A stretch of DNA of 63,971 bases, filler included, from Pirum gemmata (lineage: Eukaryota): the NCBI GenBank assembly GCA_002812295.1. It is 14 parts of 14 records of this genome, joined end to end, with 100 filler letters (N's around TTAATTAATTAA, not from the genome) between each part and the next. Parts side by side here need not be neighbours in the genome. Positions count along the whole stretch, not along the records: positions 22,811 to 27,276 come from PDIN01001144.1; positions 27,377 to 32,296 come from PDIN01001145.1; positions 32,397 to 36,855 come from PDIN01001146.1; positions 36,956 to 41,368 come from PDIN01001147.1; 10 more parts are not named here. The stretch is one strand, 5' to 3'. Below the pieces are notes generated by a model. The model did no database searches. It saw nothing but the letters and a program-made list of their open reading frames with translations, and had not been told where the DNA came from. This document shows positions 25,933 to 37,752 of this stretch, in pieces. The stretch's first letter is position 1, and every line of letters begins with the position of its first letter. The position numbers and the translations under genes were made by a program.

Positions 25933-26592
25933 ATGTTTTCTTTCATTTTCCCTGTTACCATTTTTGCTTCCTCCCTTATTATTAGTGATGCAATACCAAC
26001 ATATGAAAAAGGTATGAATTTAACTGAGTATAACCAAAGATACAGTGAACAAACATTCTTTCAAACAACTGTTTTTGAAGCCACAAAAGACATATTAAAA
26101 GCGGAAAAAGGTGGCATTTATACGGGAGAGCATGAAATGGATGTTAATGAAGCTCTTATCAAAATTTTCGGTGAAAGAGCAGTTTTTCGCGCCAGTCAAA
26201 CTTGCACCACACCTCAAACTTTTGGCTCGTGGGGTTTACATTTTGAAGTTTTTGGAAAGACCGATTACAACATCAAAATCGACGCTACATCGGAGGGTGT
26301 TTATGGTAGTTTGAATTTTTATGAACTTGAAAATTCGAATAAAAAAACAACATTACCTTGGTCGTGTAATGATGAAAAATCAAACGCGAAACTAATGTTA
26401 AATAATCAATATATTAAACAAGAAGACAATGATAGCGAGCGCATGCTTTTGTTTTATTATATTGATTCAAGTAGATTAAAGATGTTGAGTTTCTTCCAGA
26501 AAATAAAAGGAAATAATAATAATGTTCAGATGTTTGCTATACCAGTAAAAGATATACACCGTGTCATGGATGCAAGAAACATTACATATTAA
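25933..26592 (+). CDS. Hypothetical secreted protein, 219 aa, intronless
   Basis: ATG-TAA ORF of ordinary complexity. Signal-peptide-like start MFSFIFPVTIFASSLIISDA. No family recognised. Confidence 0.75.
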   Translation: MFSFIFPVTIFASSLIISDAIPTYEKGMNLTEYNQRYSEQTFFQTTVFEATKDILKAEKGGIYTGEHEMDVNEALIKIFGERAVFRASQTCTTPQTFGSWGLHFEVFGKTDYNIKIDATSEGVYGSLNFYELENSNKKTTLPWSCNDEKSNAKLMLNNQYIKQEDNDSERMLLFYYIDSSRLKMLSFFQKIKGNNNNVQMFAIPVKDIHRVMDARNITY

Positions 26593-26960
26593 ATTTAATA
26601 CTAATTTTATGATAATAATTAAAACATTACGTACACATTTTTAATAAACTGCATAAAGTAGTAATTATTTATAATAACTTATAAAAACAACAATAAAAAA
26701 AATTCATAAATTTTAGTAGAATTTTTGTGCCATTTAGGGCACTTTAGTAGGTACAGAAAGAGTTTTCTACGGTTAGGATTGTTTATAAATAACGTTACTA
26801 TAATTTATTTACTTAGTATTCTTAATGCACAGCATACCACACTTTTTTATTTTTGTTTTTTTCTTTGTATATAATATACTTTTTTTTGCAAACTTTCTGT
26901 ATATATATATATATATGTGTGTGTAAATAATCCAATTAACGTCTATATATATATATATAT

Positions 26961-27045
26961 TAGACGTTAATTAATATGATTATTTACATTCTTAAATAGT
27001 CTATTAGCAACTATTTAAGAATGTAAATACTCATATTAACGTCTA
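26961..27045. other. 85-nt near-perfect hairpin in TA-rich flanks
   Basis: TAGACGTTAA(TTAA)TATGATTATTTACATTCTTAAATAGT, a 9-nt loop, then ACTATTTAAGAATGTAAATACTCATATTAACGTCTA. Confidence 0.8.
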
Positions 27046-27531
27046 CATATATACTCTGCCAAACAAACAAACAAACAAACAAAATGATTATTATATCTTC
27101 TAGCTTCCAACACATTCATTCAGTTTACGTGCCCATTTTTCAGGAAAATCATTTTTTTAAAAAAGGATTTTCAGTTTCCTTATTTTCATTGACACCTAGG
27201 TGCTCAACCTTTCTTTATCGCTATTCGGTACATATTATTTGGCATATATTATTATTATTATTATTATTATTTATTANNNNNNNNNNNNNNNNNNNNNNNN
27301 NNNNNNNNNNNNNNNNNNNNTTAATTAATTAANNNNNNNNNNNNNNNNNNNNNNNNNNNNNNNNNNNNNNNNNNNNGCTTGTTTTAAGCTCTAGATTAGC
27401 TTTTTAATTTAATTGGTTTAATTTTTTAAAAATTCGGAAAGTCACATGATGCATAAACATAGAGTTACTGGTTAATTTTAGATATTGCCTCTTTGAAAAG
27501 TCCGAGTTGGAAAGTCTTTGCGAGTACACTA

Positions 27532-27762
27532 AGTAGGGGTGAAATATCTACTGGAACTTTTTTCGAACAGATGCTTATCGAGCCAACCTTAGTTCCGTAT
27601 TCCTTACTAATAATAGCAGTTAAATGGCTTAAAATAGTAAATACAATTATAATAGATACCAATTAAAGTAATAATGTTAACATTAATAGTAATAAACCAT
27701 AAAATCGGAAAAGTTCCGGCAGCTGTTCGGTAATAATAAAATGACGTCATCTCACCCCTACT
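27532..27762 (-). mobile_element. MITE family A, complete copy with 8-bp target-site duplication
   Basis: TIRs AGTAGGGGTGAAAT / ATCTCACCCCTACT. GTACACTA flanks both sides (27524-27531 and 27763-27770). Confidence 0.93.
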
Positions 27763-28219
27763 GTACACTAGCTAGCTAGCTAGATTCAGGTCTATTTAGA
27801 CTCTACTAGCTAGCTATCGATATTGATACCTTACTATCATAATATGTTACTATCAGATATCATATGACTTACTCTACTAGAGACAGTCTAGAGACTATAT
27901 TACACACGCATATGGTCTCACCCTAAAACTCATCTAAGACCGTCTCGGCGTGAGCAAAGTGAAACAAATACTCTCAGAACAGACTCTCCAGCTACTACAG
28001 AAACAAATCACTGAAACAAACTACTAAATTTAGAAATTATTATGCATCCATTAAGGTTTGGATTGTTACTTAGCGCACCGCATTTGGAAATTATTATTGT
28101 TATTTTTAAAATTTTTTAATTTTCAGGAATCAGGATAGATATTTTTTTTTTTATCATATCATATCATAAAAAAAAAAAAAAAGTTATTATCAGAGTAAAG
28201 ATATAATTATATTAGACTA

Positions 28220-28416
28220 TCGTGTTTTTTCATTAGTGTTGTCCAGTCCAAAAACTGAAATAAACGTACCAAATTATTATTATGGTTAAACTATCAGACC
28301 TGTTTTAATTAATTTGGTATTTTATACTTAATATTGCGTTTTATAAACAAGTTCAATTATACACTTTTAAACAACCAAATTAAAGATTGAGAGGACAACT
28401 GTAATGAAATAGACGA
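28220..28416 (+). mobile_element. MITE family B (~197 bp, TA flanks)
   Basis: TA|TCGTGTTTTTTCA...TGAAATAGACGA|TA. Other copies at ~285-392, ~31078-31236 (reverse), 53103-53299 (reverse) and ~57085-57225. Confidence 0.85.
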
Positions 28417-28754
28417 TACATAATATATAATATGTCATATGTAGCAGTGACCGACTTGTAATAGACTATCATGTTTTTCCATCACAGGTTTTCAGTAGTT
28501 TTGTTGAAATAAACCAAGTTATACTTATATTAGACATTTTTTAATTAATTTAGCATTACATAATTTATTTTGTATTTTATAAACAAGTTTGGTCACTTAA
28601 CTGAAATAGAAGGAAGCAAAAATCTGTATCAGCGAATATTCGATTTCATTTTTATGGTTTGATAGTACTATGATAGAGTAAGTCTAAATATCCTATATCA
28701 TATTTGTGTTTGTTCACCCGTTTGGTTTTTTTTTCTTTTTTTTTTTAACCCATT

Positions 28755-28865
28755 CCCTAACCCTAACCCTAACAGCTCCCTAACCCTAACCCTAACCCTA
28801 ACCCTAACCCTAATTATAACCCTAACCCTAACCCTAACCCTGACCCTAATTATAACCCTAACCCT
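28755..28865 (-). repeat. Interstitial (CCCTAA)n tract
   Basis: Tandem CCCTAA with short interruptions. Confidence 0.88.
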
Positions 28866-30036
28866 TCTTTTTTTTTTTTCTCCAATTGAATTGCAATGTT
28901 TTGTTTATGACAATAATTTGATTCTAATTTTAGTAATTTACTATGATACTATTAGTCTTTATATTATAATTGCAGAACTACTAATAGGTAGTAATTTACT
29001 ATGATACTATCTATTAGTCTTTATATTATAATTGCAGAACTACTAATAGGTACTAATAAAAAAGGCTATTTTGAACTTGAAAATACAAATTAAGCATCAC
29101 ATTGACCAACAGTGAAACAATACTGTGAATTTTTGACCAATGATAGGTCGAATATCACCTAGGTCTGAATACAGACCTATTTTGGCTTATTTTGGGCTAT
29201 TATGGCCAATTTCTTTCATACTATATATAGCAACTATAGCAATATGTGGCTTGTGGGACCCCTAGCTAGCTAGCTAGTGTGGGGCACTGTGGGGCTCTGT
29301 GGGCTTGTGGGACTCTTGCGCTAAGGTTGTTCTTTGCTCACTCAAAGCTTTGCTAGTTAGAGACGTCTATATGATAGTCACATTATCACATACTAGTTAT
29401 CACATATAATTACTTTTTTTTTAAAAAAAGCCTCTTAAATAATTACCAAATAAGATCGAAATATTAAAAAAAATTCAATAATGTTTGATACAAACAATAT
29501 TAATGTGGACAGTATAATTATATATATATTTGATCTTCAAAAAGTCTTCAAAACTTCAAATTTCCAAACTTCAAATTTCCAAACTTCAAAATATTCAAAA
29601 TGCTTGCTCAAAACTTCAAAAGGGTTCAAAAGAAATTTAGAGCTTTTTATTGGCTCATAAAGGACATTTTTTATTCAGATTTCCCTAAAAAAACTGGTTG
29701 CATGTTCGAAAATCCGAAACTTCGTTTTTTTTTTTTTTTAAAACGATATATATATTACAGCAAGCTCGATCACCGTCTCAGAGTTCGATACCAGTTCTGT
29801 GAAATTGATGACAAAAAAATCCACTAATAATAATTTATGTCATTTTTTTTTCTCACATTTTTTTTAGCTTTTTTTTTTCACTTTTTTCAAAGAACCAGTT
29901 TTTTCCGCAATTGAAGAAGCTCATTGATACTTCATTGATCATATGATTCATATCACTTTCATATCGTAGATAAAATTTTTTCTCCGTTTTTTTTTTTTAT
30001 TTAGCGACTCTCGAGAGCGTTTTTCGAGTTTTTCGC

Positions 30037-30070
<34 letters not shown>

Positions 30071-30242
30071 GGCATAAAGCCATACACCCCCAAAACCCCC
30101 TACTAGCTAGCTAGCTAGGAGCCCACTACTAGCTAGTCTATGATAGGTCTCTTATGATAGTTTTTTTTTAAAAAAGCGTAAGAAAAAATTTCTTATCAGT
30201 TTACGTTTTCGATCGATAATAATAAAATGAAACGAGTTAAGT

Positions 30243-30600
30243 GTCGAGTTTCGAGTTTCGAGTCGAGCTTCGAGTTTAGAGTCGAGCTTCGAGTTTAGAG
30301 TCGAGTTTCGAGTTTACTATCGAGTTTCGAGCTCAATATCGAGTTTCGAGTACAGCGTCGAGTTTCGACGAATTCAGTGTTGGGTTCAGTGTCGAGTTTC
30401 AAGTTTAGTGTCGAGTTTCAAGTTTAGTGTCGAGTTTCAAGTTTAGTGTCGAGTTTCAAGTTCAGCGTCGAGTTTCGAGTTCACTGTCGAGTTTCGAGTT
30501 CAGTTTCGAGTTCAGTATAGAGTTTCGAGTTCAGTATGGAGTTTTGAGTTCAGTATAGAGTTTCGAGTTCAGTATAGAGTTTCGAGTTCAGTTTAGAGTT
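30243..30600 (+). repeat. ~19-bp TCGAG-rich minisatellite
   Basis: Units such as GTCGAGTTTCGAGTTCAGT / GTCGAGTTTCAAGTTTAGT, drifting along the array. Confidence 0.9.
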
Positions 30601-31792
30601 TTTGCTTTTATGGTAAACGAACTCCAATTATACTGGCAGACTAGCTAGCCCTAGCTAGTAGGGTAACGAACTAACTCCTACTGAACTAACGAACTCTTTT
30701 TATTTTTTTAATTAACAATACAAGGAGGATGTATTACAAGGACTTCTTACATAATATTAAAATATAACAAAAATTTTATAATTTATGAATAAATAAATAA
30801 ATAAAACATGAATATCTTCACTTAGTGACTTAGATATATAATACACACATCATAATGATACATTTTTTTGCATTTTTCCCCTGTGGAAGGGATTTCTTTT
30901 CTCCAATGGAACTATTTAAGACACCTGGGTTTCTTAATTACGTAGATATATATTGACTAAACTTACCTTGAAGTACTTTGAAGATATCATTATAATATAC
31001 TTTATATTAGTACATAGATTTTTGACTCACAAATGTTGTTGTGAAAAAGTTTATACATAATACATGTTATCGTACGCATCTATTTCATTACAGTTGTCTT
31101 CTCAATCTTTAATTTGGCACTGTTTAAGTGTATAATTGAACTTGTTCATAAAATACAATATTTTGAGTATAAAATACCATATTAATAAAAACATGTCTGA
31201 TAGTTTGAACTGGACAACACTATTAAAAATACGATATTGTTTTTTAATCAATGATGTTCTTATCCTTTTTCTCACTAGTACGGTTACTGTTGTTGTTGTA
31301 ATATAATATAATAGACTAGGGTTACAATTCAACTTACAACCATACTGTTACTGTAAAGGTTAATTAATTAATTAAGATTATCATTAATTGTATTGCGCTT
31401 ACTTTGACTTGTAAGTTTTGACCTGTTGTTTGACTTGTTCGCAAATAACTTTTTTTTTCTATTACAAGAAAGTTTCTTATTAAAATACCAGTCTAAAAAA
31501 TATATCTTTTGACCAACTCCACATTCCACAATGACATCATAGCCAACGCTGACCCTAACCCTAACCATATTATTGATATATATCCGTAGACGTAACCGTA
31601 ACCGTAACCGTACCTGGTAGCTATCTCCCTACCTAACCTTAATTAAAACCTAACTCTAACATTCCCTAACATTCACCTAGAACCATAACTTTAACTTTAA
31701 CCCTAACCCTAACTTGAACTAACCTGAGAGAGCTACTAGGAATAGATTGAAAAAAAGTTAACAATAATAATGCACACAATAATAACAATAAC

Positions 31793-31824
<32 letters not shown>

Positions 31825-32396
31825 TAACAATAACAATAACCACAACCACAACCACAACCACAANATGACTTTTAATTGAATTAAACAAAACAAAATTTGA
31901 AAATTTCGAATTTTGGATGAAATTAGGCGCCCCTGTCAACAAAATCGATGTCTAAATTATTAATTTTCATTGGTGAAATCCCAATTTTTTTTGTAGACTA
32001 TGAAAGACGGGTGTCTTTTTTTTTATGATGACGTACAATTTATGTTGATTTGTGTTCGAAATGAACAAAAACTACATCGAGCTAAAAAAACAAATCCTAA
32101 TTTGGAATAAAAAAAAAGTTGCCTTTTTTTGGCTTTTTTTTTTTCATGGGAAATAATTATTAAAAAAAAATCTAGATAGTCTAGATTTACTTTTTTTGCT
32201 TTAGTTTAGCTTTTGTGAGCTTAAAGTGGCGTTCTGGCAACAAAATATAAATGTTTATAGAATGGGTAATAATGATGTTATGAAGAAAATTCAATANNNN
32301 NNNNNNNNNNNNNNNNNNNNNNNNNNNNNNNNNNNNNNNNTTAATTAATTAANNNNNNNNNNNNNNNNNNNNNNNNNNNNNNNNNNNNNNNNNNNN

Positions 32397-32639
32397 TGGG
32401 GTTGCTGCTGTGGTTGGGGTTGGGGTTGCTGCTGTGGTTGGGGTTGGGGTTGCTGCTGTGGCTGTTGCTGTCGTCGGGGTTACGGTTGCTGCAATTGTTG
32501 ATGTGGTTGGTGTTGTTGTTGCGAGTTGTGATAATGTTGTTGTTGTTGTTGTTGTCGGTGTTGTTGTTGCTGCTGTTGTTGTTGCTGATGTTGTTGTTTT
32601 CGGTGTTGACGTTGGTTTTGTAGCTGTTGGTGTTGTTGC

Positions 32640-32672
<33 letters not shown>

Positions 32673-32981
32673 CGGTGTCGGTGTTGTCGGTGTCGGTGTT
32701 GTCGTTGCTGTTGCTGTTGTCGTTGCTGTTGCTGTTGTCGCTGTTGTTGCTATTGTTGCTATTGTTGATGTTGTTGGTGGTGTTGCTTCAATTGGTGTCA
32801 CTGTTGTTAGTGTTGCTGCTGTTGGTGTTTGTGTTGCTGCTATTACTGTTGTTGCTATTGGTAATGTTGCTGTTGGCGGTACTGTTGGTGGTGCTGTTGT
32901 TGCTGTTGCTGTTGCTGTTGTTGTTGTTGCTGTTGTTGTTGCTGCTGTTGTTGTTGTTACTGTTGTTGTTGTTGTTGTCGG

Positions 32982-33042
<61 letters not shown>

Positions 33043-33083
33043 GCTGCTGTTGTTGTTGTTACTGTTGTTGTTGTTGTTGTCGG

Positions 33084-33135
<52 letters not shown>

Positions 33136-34727
33136 GCTGTTGCTGTTGTTGCTGTTGTTGCTGTTGTTGCTGTTGTTGCTGTTGCTGTTGTNNNNNNNNN
33201 NNNNNNNNNNNNNNNNNNNNNNNNNNNNNNNNNNNNNNNNNNNNNNNNNNNNNNNNNNNNNNNNNNNNNNNNNNNNNNNNNNNNNNNNNNNNNNNNNNNN
33301 NNNGCTGTTGTTGCTGTTGTTGCTGTTGTTGCTGCTGTTGCTGTTGTTGCTGTTGTTGCTGTTGTTGCTGTTGTTGCTGTTGTTGCTGTTGTTGCTGTTG
33401 CTGTTGATGATGTTGATGATGTTATTGGTGCTGCTGTTGTTAGGGCATGGGTGATTGTAGTAGACACTGTTTCTGCTGTGGCTGTTATTGAAGTTTTAAT
33501 AACATCATCGTCCTTCAGTTTTAGTTCGCGTTGTATCCTTTGTTCTTCTTGTAATCTTAATTGTCGAAATAATTTAGCCTTTCGCCTCGCCAATTTCTTA
33601 ATACGAGGTGAAGTCATTAGTCGCAATTCTTCGCCGAGATTGGGAGAGTCAGTACGGTAAGTTTTTGTTTTGTGTTTATCACTTTCGTCAAATTTGACAA
33701 CATATTCGTAGTTCGACTCAGAGCCAATAATACTAGTTACAGTAGTTACAGTACCAGGACACCAATCTTCATTTACTCGACCTTCTACTTTAGTTAAAAC
33801 TTCTAGTGTATTTTTAATAATAGAATCCTCTTTATTATCGTCGTCGTCGCTATTGTTATGACTACTACACTGACTGATACTTATACTACTACTACGACTA
33901 CGGTTAGGACTTTTGCTGTGACAATAGGTAGGACTAATATCAGTTTCATTTTTTAAATTAGAATTATTGGTTTCAGTGTCGGTATTAGCCAAATTAATAT
34001 TATTATTATCACTTTTACTGTTATTATCAGTACTATTGTTAAAACCAGAAGCTACTTTCGTACTTACACTATCACTACCACCACGATTGGCATCGTCATC
34101 ATCAATATTGATAGACTTATTTTCCTTATCTATACCCATTTCATTATTGTCATTTACACTCGTTTTCAAACTAATACTACTATCCTTCACCAACAACACT
34201 TCATTATTAACAAACTCAAAAGCATCTGACTTAAGAGTACAAAAATCACCGTCATCAAACATAATTGTATAAATATAAACACCTTGGTGTTCTAAAATTC
34301 GTTTTACAGAACCCGCGTACCACTGTTCATCAGCATGATATACTTCCACCCTGCTCTCCAAAACTAAAGGATGGTTTTTAATTAATCCACAATGACTTAA
34401 AGGAGATTCGATTAAATTAGCAAACTTACTAATACGTTGGTTATTGTTAATAATGTCATTTTCTTGGTCATCTTGCTTAAGTAACAATATCACGCCAGAA
34501 ACAAACATTCCTATATCTGAATATAATATACTTTTCTTTCCAAAATCATATTTAATCGTATACTTAAATCTGAAACTATCATCATCACGCTGTACATCTT
34601 CAACGGTGGCTTTATCCCAAATTCCCTCATGATCGACAGTGATTCTTGAATTTACACTTAGCGGGTGATTGGTCACCATAGAGTAATTATTGAACACCTC
34701 ATCTACAGCTACTTTGTCAGTGTTAAC

Positions 34728-34812
<85 letters not shown>

Positions 34813-36491
34813 ACTTCATCATCATTATCATCATCCTCCTCCCCTGCTTCTTCCCCTCCCTTTACATTAACTTCTAGTTTCGCTCCATTGATAATGGCCA
34901 ATCTTTGTTTTTTCGACAAGCCATAGGCTTTGCATTTTTCACGAGGTGTATTGTCCAGCTTTACCAACCCACAAGATTGACGTACTCTACGACAATATGC
35001 GCATGATTTAGCTTTGTATTCTTTTTTACGTACATATTTTCTTTTACCAGGTGTTTTCTGTTTCTTGTGGTTATTTTTTTTTATTTCAATGGAAGCACTA
35101 TGATCATACTTGGGCTTTTTTCGAATGTGGGTTTCACCATCATCATCATTATCTTTATCCCCCTTTTTTAAGTTACCACCATTATGATGATTATTCCTAT
35201 TATGACTAATTAAACGCTGTTGTCGCTTTAAAGTTTTGTTTCTAATTTTTGGTACGAAAGATGAACTTGCGAGCCGTTCTTCGTACGTTAACCCATAAGC
35301 AGCACATTTTCGTCGAGGTTCTGTTGTTAGTCTCACAAATCCACATGACTGACGGGTACGGGAACAGTGGTCACAACGCATTCCTTTTACTTGTCGATCG
35401 TACTTTCTTTTCTTAGTCGTGACCCTGCTATCCCCAATATTATTGCTCCTACTATCACTACTACCCTTAATAATATAATTTACATTACTACTACTCCTAC
35501 CAATACTAGTATTTCTACTAATACCGCCACTTACACTACCACTCCTGAACCCAGAGTCCGAGATTCTTCGCGGAGCAGAGGGAAATGTTTGATGTGATTT
35601 GTTCAGTTCTGATTGAGGTACATTTGGCACTAGGGAAGGGGAAGTGAAAGATTTACGACGCTGTAAATCCCTTTGTAAAGCTTCCAATCCAACCATTCTG
35701 TTTTGAACTACAGGACGATTTTGAGACAGTCCAAAGCTTGGATGTTGTGGTGGGTGTGGTGGGTAGTGTTGCAGTTGGTGGTGTGGTGGTGGTGGTGGTG
35801 GTTGGTGTTGATGTTGGTGTTGATGTTGACGTTGGTGTGGGTGTGGGTGCTGGTGGAGTTGTTGCTGTTGCTGTTGCTGTTGCAATTTTTCTACTTCGTT
35901 TTGTCGCCGTATTATTTTCAGCAATTCATTTTCAGTGTAATCATTCGCTTCACAATCGGGATTCACTGGTGGTATATTTTTTACACTAGTAAATCCACAG
36001 CCAGTTCGTGCTCGTTTGCAAGGGAGGCACGTGTTAGGTGGTGGCGGTGGTGAATATTGCCGTTGCTTTGGGTATTCGGCTTGGTAAGGAAATGATGATG
36101 GTGGTGGTTGTGAAGGTGGTGGTGCGTGTGGGTGTGGTAGTGGATGGGCTGGTTGTAATAAATGTGATAACCCCAACGAAAGAAATTGATGTTTGATTTC
36201 GACATAAAGTCCGTTCAATTCCTGTTCTGCGCGCTGTTTGTGGGGCAGCGAGTAAGATTGTTCCAGTTCGGTAGTCGTGCGCTTAAAATGCCCTGCCAAA
36301 GTCAAAATATTCTCAAACCTACTATAACGACTTCGGATATACTGTAATCGTCGGTCTTCTTCAGAGGTTAAACCATTTTTTTTTTTTGCCATTTCTAACA
36401 TCCCTTCGAGTTGTATCATATTTTGAGCTGCTTGGTCATTTACCAGCCTACATATTTGCTCGATGTCATACTTGTTGTGTGCGTACGACAT
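32397..36491 (-). CDS. Large intronless ORF (>1360 codons, runs off the contig): three C-x2-C-x6-C-G-x11/13-C motifs, acidic tract, three Tudor-like barrels, Thr/Ala-rich tail; probable chromatin/transcription regulator
   Basis: Cys motifs at ~35952-36029, 35304-35375 and 34932-35003. Tudor-like repeats (R-V-x-V...W..G.V......Y.I/V.F/YD.G) at ~34540-34670, 34245-34375 and 33685-33810. Basic KKRKY/KRKY NLS-like patches. The Thr-rich tail may be non-coding microsatellite. Confidence 0.8.
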
Positions 36492-37112
36492 AATAAAAAC
36501 TACACTATTTTTTCGGTTTCTTTGTTTTTTGAATTTTTGATTTTCTATTTCTCAGTGATATGCTACTTTTGATTTTTTGATTTTTCTATTTCTCAGTGAT
36601 ACGCTACTTTTGTAATTCCACTCCTTTTTAGAGACTTAAAAAAGTAATCCTTCTTCACTTTGAATGCTAGTCATTGTACTAAATCAATTATTACAAAAAA
36701 AACAGAAACAAAAAAATAGCCAAGTAAGTTTAATGATCATTCGTAGTTAACATGGTATTCGTGGTGGTTGATGATGTGGTGGTCGTGGTGGTCGTCGTGG
36801 TGTTTGATTAGGTAGTTGCTATTATTATCATTATTATTATTATTATTATTATTATNNNNNNNNNNNNNNNNNNNNNNNNNNNNNNNNNNNNNNNNNNNNT
36901 TAATTAATTAANNNNNNNNNNNNNNNNNNNNNNNNNNNNNNNNNNNNNNNNNNNNGATAATATAATATACCAAATTAAATGAAATGGATTTATATGATAT
37001 TAATTTGGTACTAGCTATAGCTAGTATTCTTTATTTTATAATATTTTATGATGACAAAACAACTGAAAAGTACGATATAAGGAACCAGATTTGGGTCTTT
37101 CGGATCTTGGAC

Positions 37113-37280
37113 GTCGTGCTTTTCAGTTATTTTGTCTTCATAAAATAAAATTATATTAATACAATAAATAGTACCAAATTAATACAATATAAATCCATTT
37201 CATTTAATTTAAATATTATAAACAACCAAATAAATATCCGGAGTGACAAAATAAATGAAAAGACTTGAAAAGCACAATAA
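37113..37280 (-). mobile_element. MITE family C copy
   Basis: GTCGTGCTTTTCAGTTATTTTGTC...GACAAAATAAATGAAAAG(AC)...TGAAAAGCAC. A second partial copy in the opposite orientation lies at 36956-37076. Confidence 0.8.
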
Positions 37281-37479
37281 TATAATATAATATTATCATA
37301 GATAGATATTTAATTAATTAATTAAAAATATATAAAGAGGCCTAGGGTAAGTTATATAATTAGCTAGCTAGCTAGAGAGTTTACTAGCTAGTTACTAGCT
37401 AGACTAGCTAGTACTAGTCTACTGGCTAGCTAGCTAGTATGATAGTAGCGTTGAAACAAGCAAATTATTCTTAGATATT

Positions 37480-37752
37480 ACATTTATTTGAAGTGCTTGA
37501 TAATATATTATTCTGATATAATAATTATTAATTAATATAATAAGTTGATAATCTAATATATAAATGATACATCCTTCTATCCCACTCCACAACAAGCACA
37601 GCAGCAAACTCAAACAGCCTTAGATAACATTTACAAATGGATGGAGAAATGGAAAACAAAAATTAGCACAGGCAAAACACATTATCTTATAATAGACAAC
37701 AGCAAAAAACGTGTTAACAAAACTGATCTTTTTTTACAATATTAATACAAGC
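37480..37752 (+). pseudogene. Decayed LINE RT fragment (left flank of the piggyBac element)
   Basis: *YINDTSFY...QTALDNIYKWMEKWKTKISTGKTHYLII resembles a degenerate (Q)YADDT...Q.ALD.I..W...W....KT of RT. Confidence 0.7.
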
